64,000 nucleotides of DNA from Nemertoderma westbladi (GCA_032718475.1 JAUCBJ010007765.1:1-64000); one strand, 5' to 3'; positions 13,135 through 25,809 are shown, numbered from the stretch's first letter. Notes: a model not told the origin generated them from the letters alone. Made by a program: numbers and translations.

Positions 13135-14014
13135 GTAAAATCTATAATATTAAAATAATAATAAAAATACAGTAGAATAGGACTATAGTTTTACAGGAGA
13201 TTACTGTAGGATAATGAAATTATGTTGCAAAAATGCCTTAGGTAGGGCTAACATAATGTCAATCAAATGGTTCTGAAAAAAATATTGGATATTGTAAAGA
13301 GTAAAATTTCAGAAGTGGTGATCAAGCAAGGGTAGTATAGTATCATGGCCTGGTAGTAATATAACTAGAATTCCAGAATAACTATACGGCACAGTAGGTC
13401 TACAAACATTCGAAAACGATTTTAGGGTTAAAAAATATGAATACTAATAGTATATGGAATAGGATACTAAAGTACTGTAGTACAGTACTGGATCACATCT
13501 CCACGGGTGGCAATTCTCCTTTGGGGCAATTGTCCTCCCTTGCGTGCATTATTCTCAGGGGGCAATTATTGTCCGAAGGGGAATTGTCCTAGTTCCGCCT
13601 ATAGTTAGTAAGGGGTGGGCCATACTTACAACAATTTGATTGACTATTTAATCGAAAACAAAGCGAAAAGCTGGGAAAATTTACTTCTGAAAGAAAACAA
13701 ACATGTCTAAATTATGGTGACTCTAAAGGACTACTGTTGTATTTTTTGGTTCAGAACTGACGATCATCATTCAGCCATGGGCCGATCGCAGAATATCTAA
13801 ATGCTGAAAAGTCTCATAAACTCGTGCGTACAACTTTTCAGTTCCTACTTTTTATTTAGTATTGCTAAATTTTGTACGCACCACTTTTCTGTTCTGAAGA
13901 AAAAATACAAAAAATGCAATCATATACGGTAGCACCACCATACATACAAAGTTGCTGTTCTCTTTCTTTCCACAGAAATCTGAATCCCAAATAACCCTCG
14001 GTGATTCAACATAT

Positions 14015-15918
14015 CGTACCGTACCGTAAGGCACTGGAACCGGTATCGTCCCATGTGTGCGTACCGTAAGGCACTGGAACTGGTGTCGTCCCATGTGTGC
14101 GTACCGTAAGGCACTGGAACCGGTATTGTCCCATGTGTGCATACCGTAAGGCACTGGGACCGGTATCGTCCCATGTGTGCGAGTGTGCGTACCGTAAGGC
14201 ATTGGAACCGGTATCGTCCCATGTGTGCGTAGCGTAAGTCACTGGAACCGGTATCGTCCCATGTGTGCGTACCGTAAGGCACTGGTACCGGTATCGTCCC
14301 ATGTGTGCGTACCGTAAGGCACTGGAACCGGTATCGTCCCATGTGTGCGTAGCGTAAGTCACTGGAACCGGTATCGTCCCATGTGTGCGTACCGTAAGGC
14401 ATTGGAACCGGTATTGTCCCATGTGTGCGTAGCGTAAGTCACTGGAACCGGTATCGTCCCATGTGTGCGTACCATAAGGCACTGGAACCGGTGTCGTCCT
14501 AGGTGTGCGTACCATAAGGCAGTGGAACCGGTATCGTCCCATGTGTGCGTAGCGTAAGTCACTGGAACCGGTATCGTCCCATGTGTGCGTACCGTAAGGC
14601 ACTGGAACCGGTATCGTCCCATGTGTGTGTACCGTAAGGCACTGGAACCGGTGTCGTCCCATGTGTGCGTACCGTAAGGCACTGGAACCGGTGTCGTCCC
14701 ATGTGTGCGTACTGCAAGGCACTGGAACCGGTATCGTCCCATGTGTGCATACCGTAAGGCAGTGGAACCGGTATCGTCCCATGTGTGCGTACCGGAAGGC
14801 ACTGGAACCGCTGTCGTCCCATGTGTGCGTACCGTAAGGCACTGGTACCGGTATTGTCCCATGTGTGCGTACCGTAAGGCACTGGTACCGGTGTTGTCCC
14901 ATGTGTGCGTACCGTAAGGCGCTGGAACTGGTGTCGTCCCATGTGTGCGTACCGTAAGGCACTGGTACCGGTGTCGTCCCAGGTGTGCGTACCGTAAGGC
15001 ACTGGAACCGGCCCATGTGTGCGTACCGCAAGGCACTGGAACCGCTATCGTCCCATGTGTGCATACCGTAAGGCAGTGGAACCGGTATCGTCCCATGTGT
15101 GCGTACCGTAAGGCACTGGAACCGGCCCATGTGTGCGTACCGTAAGGCAGTGGAACCGGTATCGTCCCATGTGTGCGTACCGTAAGGCAGTGGAACCGGT
15201 GTCGTCCCATGTGTGCGTACCGTAAGGCACTGGAACCGGTATCGTCCCATGTGTGCATACCGTAAGGCACTGGAACCTGTATCGTCCCATGTGTGCGTAC
15301 CGTAAGGCAGTGGAACCGGTATCGTCCCATGTGTGCGTACCGTAAGGCAGTGGAACCGGTATCGTCCCATGTGTGCGTACAGTAAGGCACTGGAACCGGT
15401 GTCGTCCCATGTGTGCGTGGAACCGGTGTCGTCCCATGTGTGCGTACCGTAAGGCACTGAAACCGGTATCGTCCCATGTGTGTGTACCATAAGGCACTGG
15501 AACCGGTATCGTCTCATGTGTGCGTACCGTAAGGCACTGGAACCGGTATCGTCCCATGTGTACGTACCGTAAGGCAGTGGAACCGGTGTCGTCCCATGTG
15601 TGCGTACCGTAAGACACTGGAACCGGTGTCGTCCCATGTGTGCATACCGTAAGGCACTGGAACCGGTGTCGTCCCATGTGTGCATACCGTAAGGCACTGG
15701 AACCGGTATCATCCCATGTGTGCGTACCGTAAGGCACTGGAACCGGCCCATGTGTGCGTACCGTAAGGCACTGGAACCGGTATCGTACCATGTGTGCGTA
15801 CCGTAAGGCACTGGAACTGGTGTCGTCCCATGTGTGCGTACCGTAAGGCACTGGAACCGGTATCGTCCAGTGTGTGCGTTCCGTAAGGCACTGGAACCGG
15901 TGTCGTCCCATGTGTGCA
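14015..15918. repeat. 40-bp minisatellite, about 47 copies, intronic
   Basis: Unit GTACCGTAAGGCACTGGAACCGGTATCGTCCCATGTGTGC head-to-tail with point variants and some 34-bp deletion units. Confidence 0.97.
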
Positions 15919-15953
15919 TAAAATAACTATTTATTTGTTATTAAATCTTTTAG

Positions 15954-16300
15954 ACTATTATTTCAATGGAAGAAACACCGACTCGAAAGAAGTAGAATCG
16001 CCTGATGATTTTATGTCTGTTAATTATCTCAAATGGCGGCGTAATGTTACCATGACTACTACTTCATTACCACACCGGACTGATGTTATAGACGATTGGG
16101 ATCTCGACACAGCATTGGCTCGGCTCGGTAACGATAGCAACGGCGTACACAATGGACGAAATGATTCCGATTCTATAGGTATTAATTGGGAGGAAAGTAA
16201 CAGCACAATGGATTCGGCTGCTACCGGTAGTGAAGAAGAGTTCAATCAGCTGTTGAACATCGCACGGCGTATATCTGTCTGTAATACTGAGACCAGATAG
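15954..16300 (+). CDS. PTB/PID-domain protein, exon 2 (terminal)
   Basis: Acceptor TCTTTTAG|AC at 15953; G|AC TAT TAT keeps frame with exon 1 (..VT-D-YYFNG..ARRISVCNTETR*); AATAAA downstream near 16432. Confidence 0.7.
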
Positions 16301-16770
16301 ACTCTTAAAAATGAGACAGGGGGGAAACTGGACGCAAATCCTATCCTGGTGAATTAATATCCCGCTTCAATGTTGAATTTTTGATTTAGGGAAAGGAGCA
16401 AGTTACAACGGCACGTTAATTTAACCAAAACAATAAACTAAACACAATAAATAGAAAAGGTTACAGTTTTATTTTCTAGATTAATCAGCTGTTATTTGCG
16501 TAGAATTTCCCCTGGAGAGGGATGCATTTTTATTGCGTCCAGTTTCCCCACATATCTGTTAAAAATATATCAGGTGATTTGTTTGTAGGGAACTTAGGCA
16601 GTAAGAATACGTTGTGGTCTGTACGGGCAGCACACGGGATTGGGGTAGCAAAGCATAGGATTGACTCACAAGAACTTATTTAGATTAACTTACCTGTTTC
16701 GCAGCCATTTTCTTCCATAGTAACCATTACTTAGATAACAGTTTGTATTGTCGGTATAAGTATACAGTAA

Positions 16771-17583
16771 TACACCATGACCCGTAATATCATTTTCTGA
16801 TGACACGGACACCCCCCCCCCCAAAAAAATTTTTTTTTCAACAAATCTTTATCATATTGCTTGAAATTTGAAACACAACTAGTTCAACTCACCGTGGTTG
16901 TTACCATGAAGCCGGAATTTTCTATTTCGCCTTTAAATTTTTTATAAGCGTTTTAAAAAAGTGTGTTTTGCGAAATCGCACCATCCGTATCATTGCCATT
17001 CTTCACATTAGTCGTTTAATTTGTTTCATATCAATAGAAAGCTTGCGTTACAAGGATTCCAAATATGTAACAATATCTGAATTTCGTTTTTTTTTATTTC
17101 GTCTGATTTTATTATATTTAATAAATACACAAAATTTTAGAACGTTTTTTTTAATTATTTTAAGAGTTAGTTGGCAACAGTGGTATGCCTATACAATATC
17201 TATATTGCGTAGCTTATCATATACATAAACAAATTGTTCCAGAATATTGTGTATTTATTAAATAGAATAAATGGCCTGCAGCGAACGATAATTCTTGCAA
17301 TCTTTGAACGCCTATATCTCAGCTGTTTCTCAACGAAATTCAGATATTGCTACATATTTGGAATCCTTGCAACGCAAGCTTTCTATTGATGTGAAAAAAT
17401 TACGATTAATTTGAAGAATGGCAATAATACGGATGGTGCGATTTCGCAAAAGACACTTTTTTAAAACGCTTTTAAAAAAAATTTAAAGGCGAAATCGGAA
17501 ATTCCGGCTTCATGGTAACAACCACGGTGAGTTGAACTACACAGTAGTTGTGTTTCAAATTTCAAGCAATATGATAAAGATTA
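16771..17583. mobile_element. MITE with ~240-bp inverted arms (related to 24485-25403)
   Basis: 16843-17086 is the reverse complement of 17334-17582; begins TACACCATG like the 24.5-kb element; right terminus truncated. Confidence 0.8.
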
Positions 17584-19189
17584 CAGTATGTTTACATATA
17601 TGTTTCCACGGATATGTCACATCACATGGAAAAACAACATTTTCACTGCACATTTTTCTCCCACCATTCTCATTCTTATCAAGTACAGTATGTCTTCACG
17701 AAGAGCCATAAATTAATTAAATGCTGTAGACGAAATCGGAAATCTTTTGTAGCATGGCATGGAATAAACCAGCTCTCTCAGTTGAAGAGCTAGTTTATGA
17801 TTTCGTCAGATATCATGTTGAATCGAGTCTGGCTGAGTCCAGGGTTCGCATAGAGACCATAGCGTGGCGACCATAATATTGGTTTCCGTCAAGGCCAAAG
17901 TGCCTTAGAGCCAATTCTAACAGAAAGAAGAGGAATTGAAGTACTACATAAGTGCCAAGAAAGACAGACCTTTGACTGTTAATTTGTAGACTTCTTTTAG
18001 ACATCCATTCAGTCGGCTCTGTGTCAACACTGGTCTGTTCAAAATATGCAAAGTATATGGAGTTCCAGAAAAAATATTAAATAGATCTGATGCAATCCGA
18101 TCGGGTCTATTTATGACGGGTCCGCGAGATTCGTTTCCAGTTACGTGGGAAATACAGACTAATCTGAACCCTGTGGGGGTGTCCTTCGGGGGGACAATTG
18201 AGCCCCAATGCCAAATTTCTTAATCTTTACTGAACATTATTGTTCTGTCGGAGACTTCGGCGGTAACTCAAAAGTTGTTACACAGCTGAAAGAAGCTGAC
18301 ACCAATGTTGGTCATTAAAACTCTTAACAGTGAACATTGCTGACTGAGGTAGGCCTAGCCTACCTAGGCCTAATCTGCCTTGCATTATTAAATGGTAACT
18401 AAATTAGTCTGGGGAGTAAGTTCTGGAGGACCGCAGTGAAATTAAGTCGTAAGACTTTGTGTTAAATTTTTTAAATTCCCGCTATGTTCCGTTGCTTAGT
18501 TACTATTATAGTCAGCTGGGTTGTGGGATATTTTACAATCATATGATATTACCATATCGTATAAATATTTTAACAATTTATCAAAATTAATAATTGAGAA
18601 ACCAACATTAGTTTATTGTTGTGGTTAGAATAACTGTAACCTGCTCCTTTCTTTAATTTATTTAACTTCATCATTTATTTAACATGATATCATATTAATT
18701 TGCCTAAACGGGATTTACGTCCACGTCCAGCCACCCCCCCCCCCCCCCTCCCCCCCGTGTCTCACAGAACATGTGGGTCTGCACTAGCGCAAAGCGATTA
18801 TAGCGAACAATATGATCAGTTGGTTGTACATACAGTAATTGTCAGCCAAATCATTATGTAATTATACAGTAAAACGACGTCAACGCAAACCATGTGATCA
18901 ACCGACTATTAAATATAACAAAATACCTACTGTAATTATATTTATGCTTCATAATATGTTGGATAATTTTACGTGGCAATTATTTTGGGGAATTGCACAG
19001 ATGTTTTTGGTCATGTTTGATTCTTTAGAATAAAATGTATATACAGTGCAGTATGACACGACGCAACTTCATTCAATAATTCATTCGTGTACGAAAACCT
19101 TAGTTTTATCGAAATCTCTCGGGAACCTTTGGAATAGCTCTGTGGTATCGTACTTTGATTCGAAACTGAAATTTACGGATACTGTCAAC

Positions 19190-19223
19190 ATGTCTATGTT
19201 GATTTTCGTATTATATCTATCAG
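19190..19223 (+). CDS. Secreted ShKT-mucin-DUF5648-like protein, exon 1 (signal peptide)
   Basis: MSMLIFVLYLS then CAG|GTATGG donor, phase 1; joins in frame to AAQALV of exon 2, giving a signal-peptide-like N-terminus. Confidence 0.7.
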
Positions 19224-19307
19224 GTATGGGTGAGTTTAATTCCAGTTATTATAAACTGTACAGTCCAACGTACTGTCATACTAGGCCTACTGTTAGTAGC
19301 TATCTAA

Positions 19308-19614
19308 AGCCCCGTTCACATCCAACGGTGCGTGACCGGTAAAGTAGTCTGGCGGTATTGAAGCGGTAAGCCAGCGGTACACTACCCGGAGCCCGTTCAC
19401 ACCCAACGGTACCGTTGCGGTAACTGATTGTCTATCTGTCGACTGTGAATTCAACAGGCAATTACATTAATTGTTTTAACATTGTTTAAATGGGCTGCGG
19501 TAAACCGCGCGGTTTAGCGCACAACTACCTGTTGGGTCGTTCACAGTCAGCGGTGTACCGCTGGCCCTGCGGTACACCGCGCGGTCTACCGTTCCGTTGG
19601 ATGTGAACGGGCCT
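19308..19614. mobile_element. PIF/Harbinger-type MITE in intron 1
   Basis: TIR AGCCCCGTTCACATCCAACGG / CCGTTGGATGTGAACGGGCCT with TAA duplicated on both sides. Confidence 0.8.
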
Positions 19615-19826
19615 TAAAGCAAGTAAATAGTAAAGGAACAGGATCTAAGTGAAAATTTAAAGATTGTATGTTAGGCCTAATTCTACAACAACTGTAGTTA
19701 CCGAGATATGAGATGTCGTGTAAATTTTATTTATTTCCCGTTGTATTGTTCATATAATTTATTTGGACGGCTCGCAGGGTCGTGTTATTTAGTAAGTACT
19801 GTATGTATAAAATATATTTTTTTTAG

Positions 19827-20003
19827 CTGCACAAGCGCTGGTTATTAGGAGAAGTGTGGGCCCCACGCCATGCGAGGAGTTAGAAGATCTAGCAGGTAGT
19901 CTGTGCGCGGGATGGGCGGCTCTTGGAGAGTGTACCAACAACCCCGACTACATGTACCGAATGTGCCAGAAAAGTTGCAACTTATGTGATGACGGTTACG
20001 ATG
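19827..20003 (+). CDS. Exon 2: ShKT domain 1
   Basis: CEELEDLAGSLCAGWAALGECTNNPDYMYRMCQKSCNLC six-Cys ShKT pattern; TTTTAG| acceptor, G|GTGGGT donor, phase 1-1. Confidence 0.88.
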
Positions 20004-20405
20004 GTGGGTTTAATATACTCTTGTATGTTACCATGACCTACTGTACTACTGTAAAAAAATCTTATACTGTACATATTTAGTAGTTCATGGTGTTGCTTAA
20101 AACCTCGTTTATGGAAATAACAATTGGCTCACTTACAGTAATGTTATGTTATGTGGTGAGTGAGGGAGACTTTGAACACCAAAAGTTTTACTCTTTCTGA
20201 AAGAATAGATTTATGAATTTTTCAATCCCGTTTTAACTTTATTACGTTGCATTTATGATTGCTATAGGCCTATCATTATGTGATTGTTGGATAATTTCAA
20301 TCCTTAATCTTTTTTAATTAAGTGAGCTGAGATAATAACATGTTCAACTTGACTATTTTATAATAGAGCAAAAAAAAATTGCAAAAAATACGATTATTTA
20401 TCTGT

Positions 20406-23400
20406 TGTGACGGTATCCAGTTGAGTTGACCCCTTGGTGCTAGCCTCACTAGCTTATTTGTCCCTGTGAGGTGGTTTGACCTCTCACCTTCCTTTGTGGC
20501 TTACGGCGTGTATCGCCCCCCCCCCCCCCCCCCCCATTTGGTTATGAGGTGAGATTATTACTGGTAATCTCACATCCCCAACTATATTGGTAAAATGCCA
20601 CTAGTCCCATTTTTGGTGGGTGATGCACGGAATGGAATCCGCTTACACTCCCCCCCCATGCTATCTTCCCGGTGAGAAGATAGCATCAACCTTAGGTGCG
20701 CTTCAATTCCGCTGGAATCCAATCTAATATTGGATGTGGGGTGGAATTTTCTTCTCGGGGTCGGCTTTCCAGGCCAATGGGTCTGTTATCACTACCCATC
20801 CTTGGTACATCTGCGAGCTATGTTGCACCAAGGTATCTGGCGTCTCTGTTTGAGATCATTGCCCTCACTCCTCACACAATTTTCCTCAAATTTTCTTCAC
20901 GGACCTTTGCTGTCCCTTCCTCTCTCACCAGTCCCTGTGGGACTCATCCTCCTCCACGCTCGCCCCCCACACTTGAATCTCGCACTTCCTCCACTTCCCC
21001 AATTCGAAAACCTCATCCCCATATTTTCCCCATCTTCGTACACTCAACCCATGTCTATTATTATTCTCAGCGCTCTTATCGAGTCCCACGCATGTGTGCA
21101 GCATGTCAATGGGATTCGTCTAATGTCTTGTCCTCCCAATTTAGTCAATTGGTCCCCGATCCCAGTAGCTAGTTGGGTTATATATGACTATAGTACTTAC
21201 ATTGATTATATTTGCTATTAATTAATTATTTTTAAGTACGTACATACTAATTGCACTTAATTAATTGCACTTAGGAGTTTGTACTGTTCCGATCATGTGG
21301 TGCCTTCCAGGCACACCCACACACCTGTTCCTGAGTTATAATTCGCTCCTCCTGTCTTCGGGAACCATCTGAGTTCCTTGCCCATATCGTCATCTTGCCT
21401 GGGCCGTATCCTTCCTTCCTGTTTATCCTTGAGGCTACTCATCCTCGCCGATCGCTTTGCAGGTGGTCCCACTGAGTGTCCCTCCTGTTTCCCTCTGGTA
21501 GCGTCCCACAAGATCATTTTCATCACCCGCGGCACGTGCTCCCCCAGAAAGTCCCTGAATTCGATTCTATTTTCTCTCTAGGTATCTTTGAGTGTTAATG
21601 ATCCCTCCGTACGATGCCACTGTTGCTACCTCCTGATACGTGAATGGTAGTCTCCTCTTGGTGATCTCCTGGTGGGCTTCCACGTTAATGCTAAAGAAGC
21701 CCCACCAGAACTCCTGGCCTTCATCCTTTGTCGTGTCATGACTCCGACGTCGGCCCACTACTCGAAGATCCGGAACTTCTCCTCGTCGTCCATCCAATCG
21801 CACTGGTGCTCAAAGTGCCCTCGAAACTTGCACTTTGAGCATCTGTTGTGCTACCTCGGACACACACCCATCTTATGGGTCGACTCGCGGCAGTAGAGAC
21901 ACACCGTCCCCTTCTGGAAACGGTACAGACAGTTCTTTTGCTGGTGGGTTAGTCTCCCACAGTAATCGCAACCATGTACCAATGTGTCCCGCCCCAAGTC
22001 GTCCTTGGCTCTGATTGGCCTCCTGGGTCTATGGAGCCGCTGGTGGGCAAACATCTGGATGCTGTCCTCCCTACCCATGTCGATGTCCTCTTCCACCCTC
22101 GGCATTGTTTCTCCAAACACTACCCGTGGTGCCATTCCCGGTTGTTCGCCCAAACTGATCGTACTCGCCGCGAAATCCATCTCCGGCTCCCCGTGCTCCC
22201 AGGTCCGCTTACCGGGTTTGTCCCAGAAGGCTCTCGTCCTGCTGGCCGTCACCACCCTCCCACCCACCCAGTCCGTATCCGAGTGGCCATTCCTCGCTAT
22301 CGGCAGCATCGCCCCGAACTCGTCCTCCTCCTCTTCCCCTGCTGGAGCCGCAATCCTCTCTATCGGCGGCATCTATTGCTCCTCGCTCATCGCTCTATCG
22401 ACTCATGCTCTTCTTCCTCTCCTGCTGGGAGTGGATCCGAACCCAGTAGCCTAGTTGATCCACTGTGTCCCTTTCCACCTTGGTATCCGCCCATGACTTT
22501 CCATCCTTCTAACTCCCCCCGTCTCTTTCTTCCAATGTTGCCCTCAGAGCCCCCTGGCATGGGCATTGCTTGCAATCCCAATGTCGACTGTCTCGGTGAT
22601 TCTTCCATCCAACCCAGTTCATCCCCCAGCCAAAACTCGTCTGAGGTCTCTGATCCCCACCTCTCTTCCAAGAGTTGGGCTTCGAGCTCACGATCCTCTC
22701 CCCTTATATCCACTTTTCTCTCCGCTGCCTCCCTCCTTTCTCTCCTGGCGACCTCCTCTAGTCTCCTCTCCTCTCCTCTCCTCGACCCTATCCGCCTCCA
22801 GTTTCTTCCATCGCTTGTACGGTGTGTCTACCCCTCTGTCCACTATGTGTCAGGTATCGAAGAATACCGACTCGCCCTTCAGCCCCGGGTGGTCTACAAG
22901 ACCTTCAAAGGCCACCTTAAAGGCTCTCCTGTGATTCAGAGGTGCTCCTGATAGTAGAAACGCCATTGGCTCCCTCCCGATAACCATGGTGATGAATAGG
23001 TTTAGTAAACCTATCATTATCCAATCCTCCTGTAAGATATATCTCTTCTGATATATCTTTATCGCTCCCCTCCGGAACTGATATACTTCCTGCTTTCCTG
23101 GTCTCGCTCCCCATTTTAGCAAGTTCGCAAGTTCCGCTCCGTATTCTTCCCGGAACTTGCCCCAGTCCATTGGCTTGTGGCAGACGAGCCCCATTAGTTG
23201 GCCCATCGCCACGGCTCTGCAATGTCCCGTGTTCTGCACCAATCCCAACCCCTTTGGTCTCGTCATAGCCATATAGACTACTTGCATGTCAAGGAGATTG
23301 GAGGTGTCCAGTCCAATAATCCTATCCGCGTCATCGCGGATCGCCGATCCCACCTTGACTGTAGTGTATCGCTCGTCCCGACGTCCTCCTCGTGAACTTT

Positions 23401-24428
23401 GCCTTCTCTCCTCGTCCGGCGCCGTACCGTAGGCCCCACCATCGCCGTTCTGGTGGGCCGTTCGCCGCCTCGGCCAGTGGTTGTCCGGCGACTTCGGTAC
23501 CTCGACCGCCATTGGAATCTTGCGTCGACTCGTCATCTTTCCCTCCTCGTTGTCGGCCGCCCTCCTCTTGGGTGTCCGGATCATCCCTCGCTGGCGAGTC
23601 CAGTGTGTTGGGCTGGTACCGCCTCGTCGTGGCCTCTCAAATAGTTTGGTCTGTATCGCTCGGGGTCCGCGGCGGTGTTCTTCCTCCTTCTGAGCCTTGC
23701 GGCGTTTGTTCGCTCATCTTATCCTCCTTCAGGGTTGTGGTCACAGTTTACTATTTGTTAAACTCGCTGGTTAGTTTTTGACTGTGACGATATCCAGTTG
23801 AGTTGACAGTGCTGAATACCGACCGGTGTAGGTTGTACGCGTCATTGCGTCGCTGGGCTGCTGGGCTGACGGCTGGATAAATATGTTTGGCCAAAGGCCG
23901 TTAGAAAGCAATGGAGTTAGTTGTCAGTATTGATAATCACAGCATTGATAATAGCACAGTCTGAATATAATAATATACAATACAAACAGTAACAGAAACA
24001 ACGACGGTCAAAAACTATTCTGGTCTCACAACCGTAAGGGAATCAACTAACTAAATCAGTGATTACAAGAGTTATATCATTAACACATATTGGTTTTAGC
24101 CCTACTACTGGGCGGCCTCTAATATCCAATGGATGCGCTCTTGTCCTCCCAATGTGCGTTCCTGCCCGCTATTGGCGTATGTATTAATTGTCACTTCACC
24201 ACTCCCTGTTGGCGTTACCCCTTGGTGCTAGCCTCACAAGCTTGTTTGTCCCTGTGAGGTGGTTTGACCTCTCACCTTCCTTTGTGGCTTACGGCGTGTA
24301 TCCCCCCCCCCCCCCCCAGTTGGTTATGAGGTAAGATATTATTGGTAATCTCACATCCCCAACTATATTGGTAAAATGCAACTAATCCCATTTTCGGTGG
24401 GTAATGCATGGAATTGAATCCGCTTACA
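20406..24428 (-). mobile_element. Internally deleted LTR retrotransposon carrying a decayed DEDDy exonuclease-zinc knuckle ORF
   Basis: LTRs 23783-24428 (5') and 20406-20647 (3', ~410-bp internal deletion), both TGTAAG...GTCACA on the minus strand; TSD TCTGT at 20401-20405 and 24429-24433; PPT GGGGGGGGAG abutting the 3' LTR; no RT, RNase H or integrase motifs seen. Confidence 0.92.
21567..23400 (-). pseudogene. Disrupted exonuclease (ExoII-ExoIII) plus 3 CCHC knuckles, homologous to the ORF at 61490-64000
   Basis: TVKVGSAIRDD, NLLDMQ, KFREEYG, LKW, QKRYILQE; knuckles CDYCGRLTHQQKNC, CLYCRESTHKMGVC and, after a stop, CSKCKFRGHFEHQC; then FE*WADVG..WWGFFSIN..LPFTYQE. Confidence 0.8.
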
Positions 24429-24484
24429 TCTGTCAAATTATTAACCCAAATTGTATACAAATTTAGGTAGTCATTCACATACTG

Positions 24485-25403
24485 TACACCATGTCCTGGA
24501 ATATAGTGTCGTTATTCTGGTGGTGCATGGACCCCCCCCCCCCCCCCCCCAAAAAAATTTTTTCTACAAATCTTAATGAGATTGCATGAAATTTGAAACA
24601 GAGATAGTTTCACCTCCCTCCTTCTTGCTGGGTGAGCCAGAATTTTTATATTCGCTTTCATTCTTTAGCTACAAGCGTTTGAAAAAGGTGTCTCCTTGCA
24701 CCAGTTACACCGCAGTTATTCTTCAAACATTTAGTGATTTGTTGGTACTAGTGGAAAGCTGACCGCGCTAGGATTCCAAATATGTAAAAATATGTGAATT
24801 TGGTTGGGAAATAGCTGAGGTAAAGTAATCGGGCATTCGAAATTTGCATGTATTTGCTTCCGCTGCAGGCCATTTATTCTATTAATAAATACACAATGTT
24901 CTAGAACATTTTGTTTATCTCATAAGTAGCTTGGCAACAATGCAATGCCTACATGATAATACTAGTATATGGATATTCATACATAATCAAAATGTTCTAG
25001 AACATTGTGTATTTATTTAATAGAATAAATGGCCTGCAGTGGAAGCTAATACATGCAAAATTTCCAATGCCCATATTGCAGCTATTTCCCAACCAAAATT
25101 CACATATTTTTACATATTTGGAATCCTTGCGCGGTCAGCTTTCTACTAGTACCAACAAATCACTAAATGTTTTGAAGAATAATTGCGGTGTAACTGGTGC
25201 AATATCGACGGAGACACCTTTTTCAAATGCTTGTAGCTAAAGAATGAAAGCAAAAATAAAGATTCTGGCTCACCCAGCAAGGAGGAGGGAGGTGAAACTA
25301 TCTCTGTTTCAAATTTCATGCAATCTCATTAATATTTGTAGAAAACTTTGGGGAGGGGGGGCTGGTACCTGAATAACGACACCATATTCCAGGACATGGT
25401 GTA
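24485..25403. mobile_element. Tc1/mariner-like MITE, almost fully palindromic (~920 bp)
   Basis: TACACCATGTCCTGGAATAT ... ATATTCCAGGACATGGTGTA with long inverted arms and TA termini. Confidence 0.88.
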
Positions 25404-25809
25404 CAGTAGTTATCCTAACAAGAACGAAATATACTGTATATTTATATTTGGTTTATTAACCGCGATAAAATGGCACTTTTTAATTAAAATTACCTTGTAT
25501 ACTTTTTAATCCAGGCTTATTTTAATTGTTTTCCTGTAATTTAATTGGCGTGTGCAGCATTCTGACGCAGTGGCATCTACTTTAAGCTGTCAATTACACA
25601 GTTAGCGGTCTCATAGGCAAGTAACCACGGTTGCAAAGAGGGAATTAAGATTTGGTTAGCTTGGCGTGACTTCTCCATTATATTCACGTTCCATTTATAG
25701 CTTGTTATCTAATAAAAAATCTAGTCCCCCATAAAGTATCTCCTCTCCTCTCACTCTCTCACCCTGGAGTAGGCCTATTATTAGATTTGAATAGCAGTCG
25801 AAATCAACC

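Noticed and set aside
13852-15919. Long ORFs (637, 372, 288 aa) across the 40-bp array
   Set aside because: Artefacts of a stop-free repeat unit that is not a multiple of 3; all frames give the same cycling peptide; the array lies in an intron.
20696-23781. Plus-strand Pro/Ser-rich ORFs inside the LTR element
   Set aside because: Antisense shadows of a purine-rich minus strand; no motifs.
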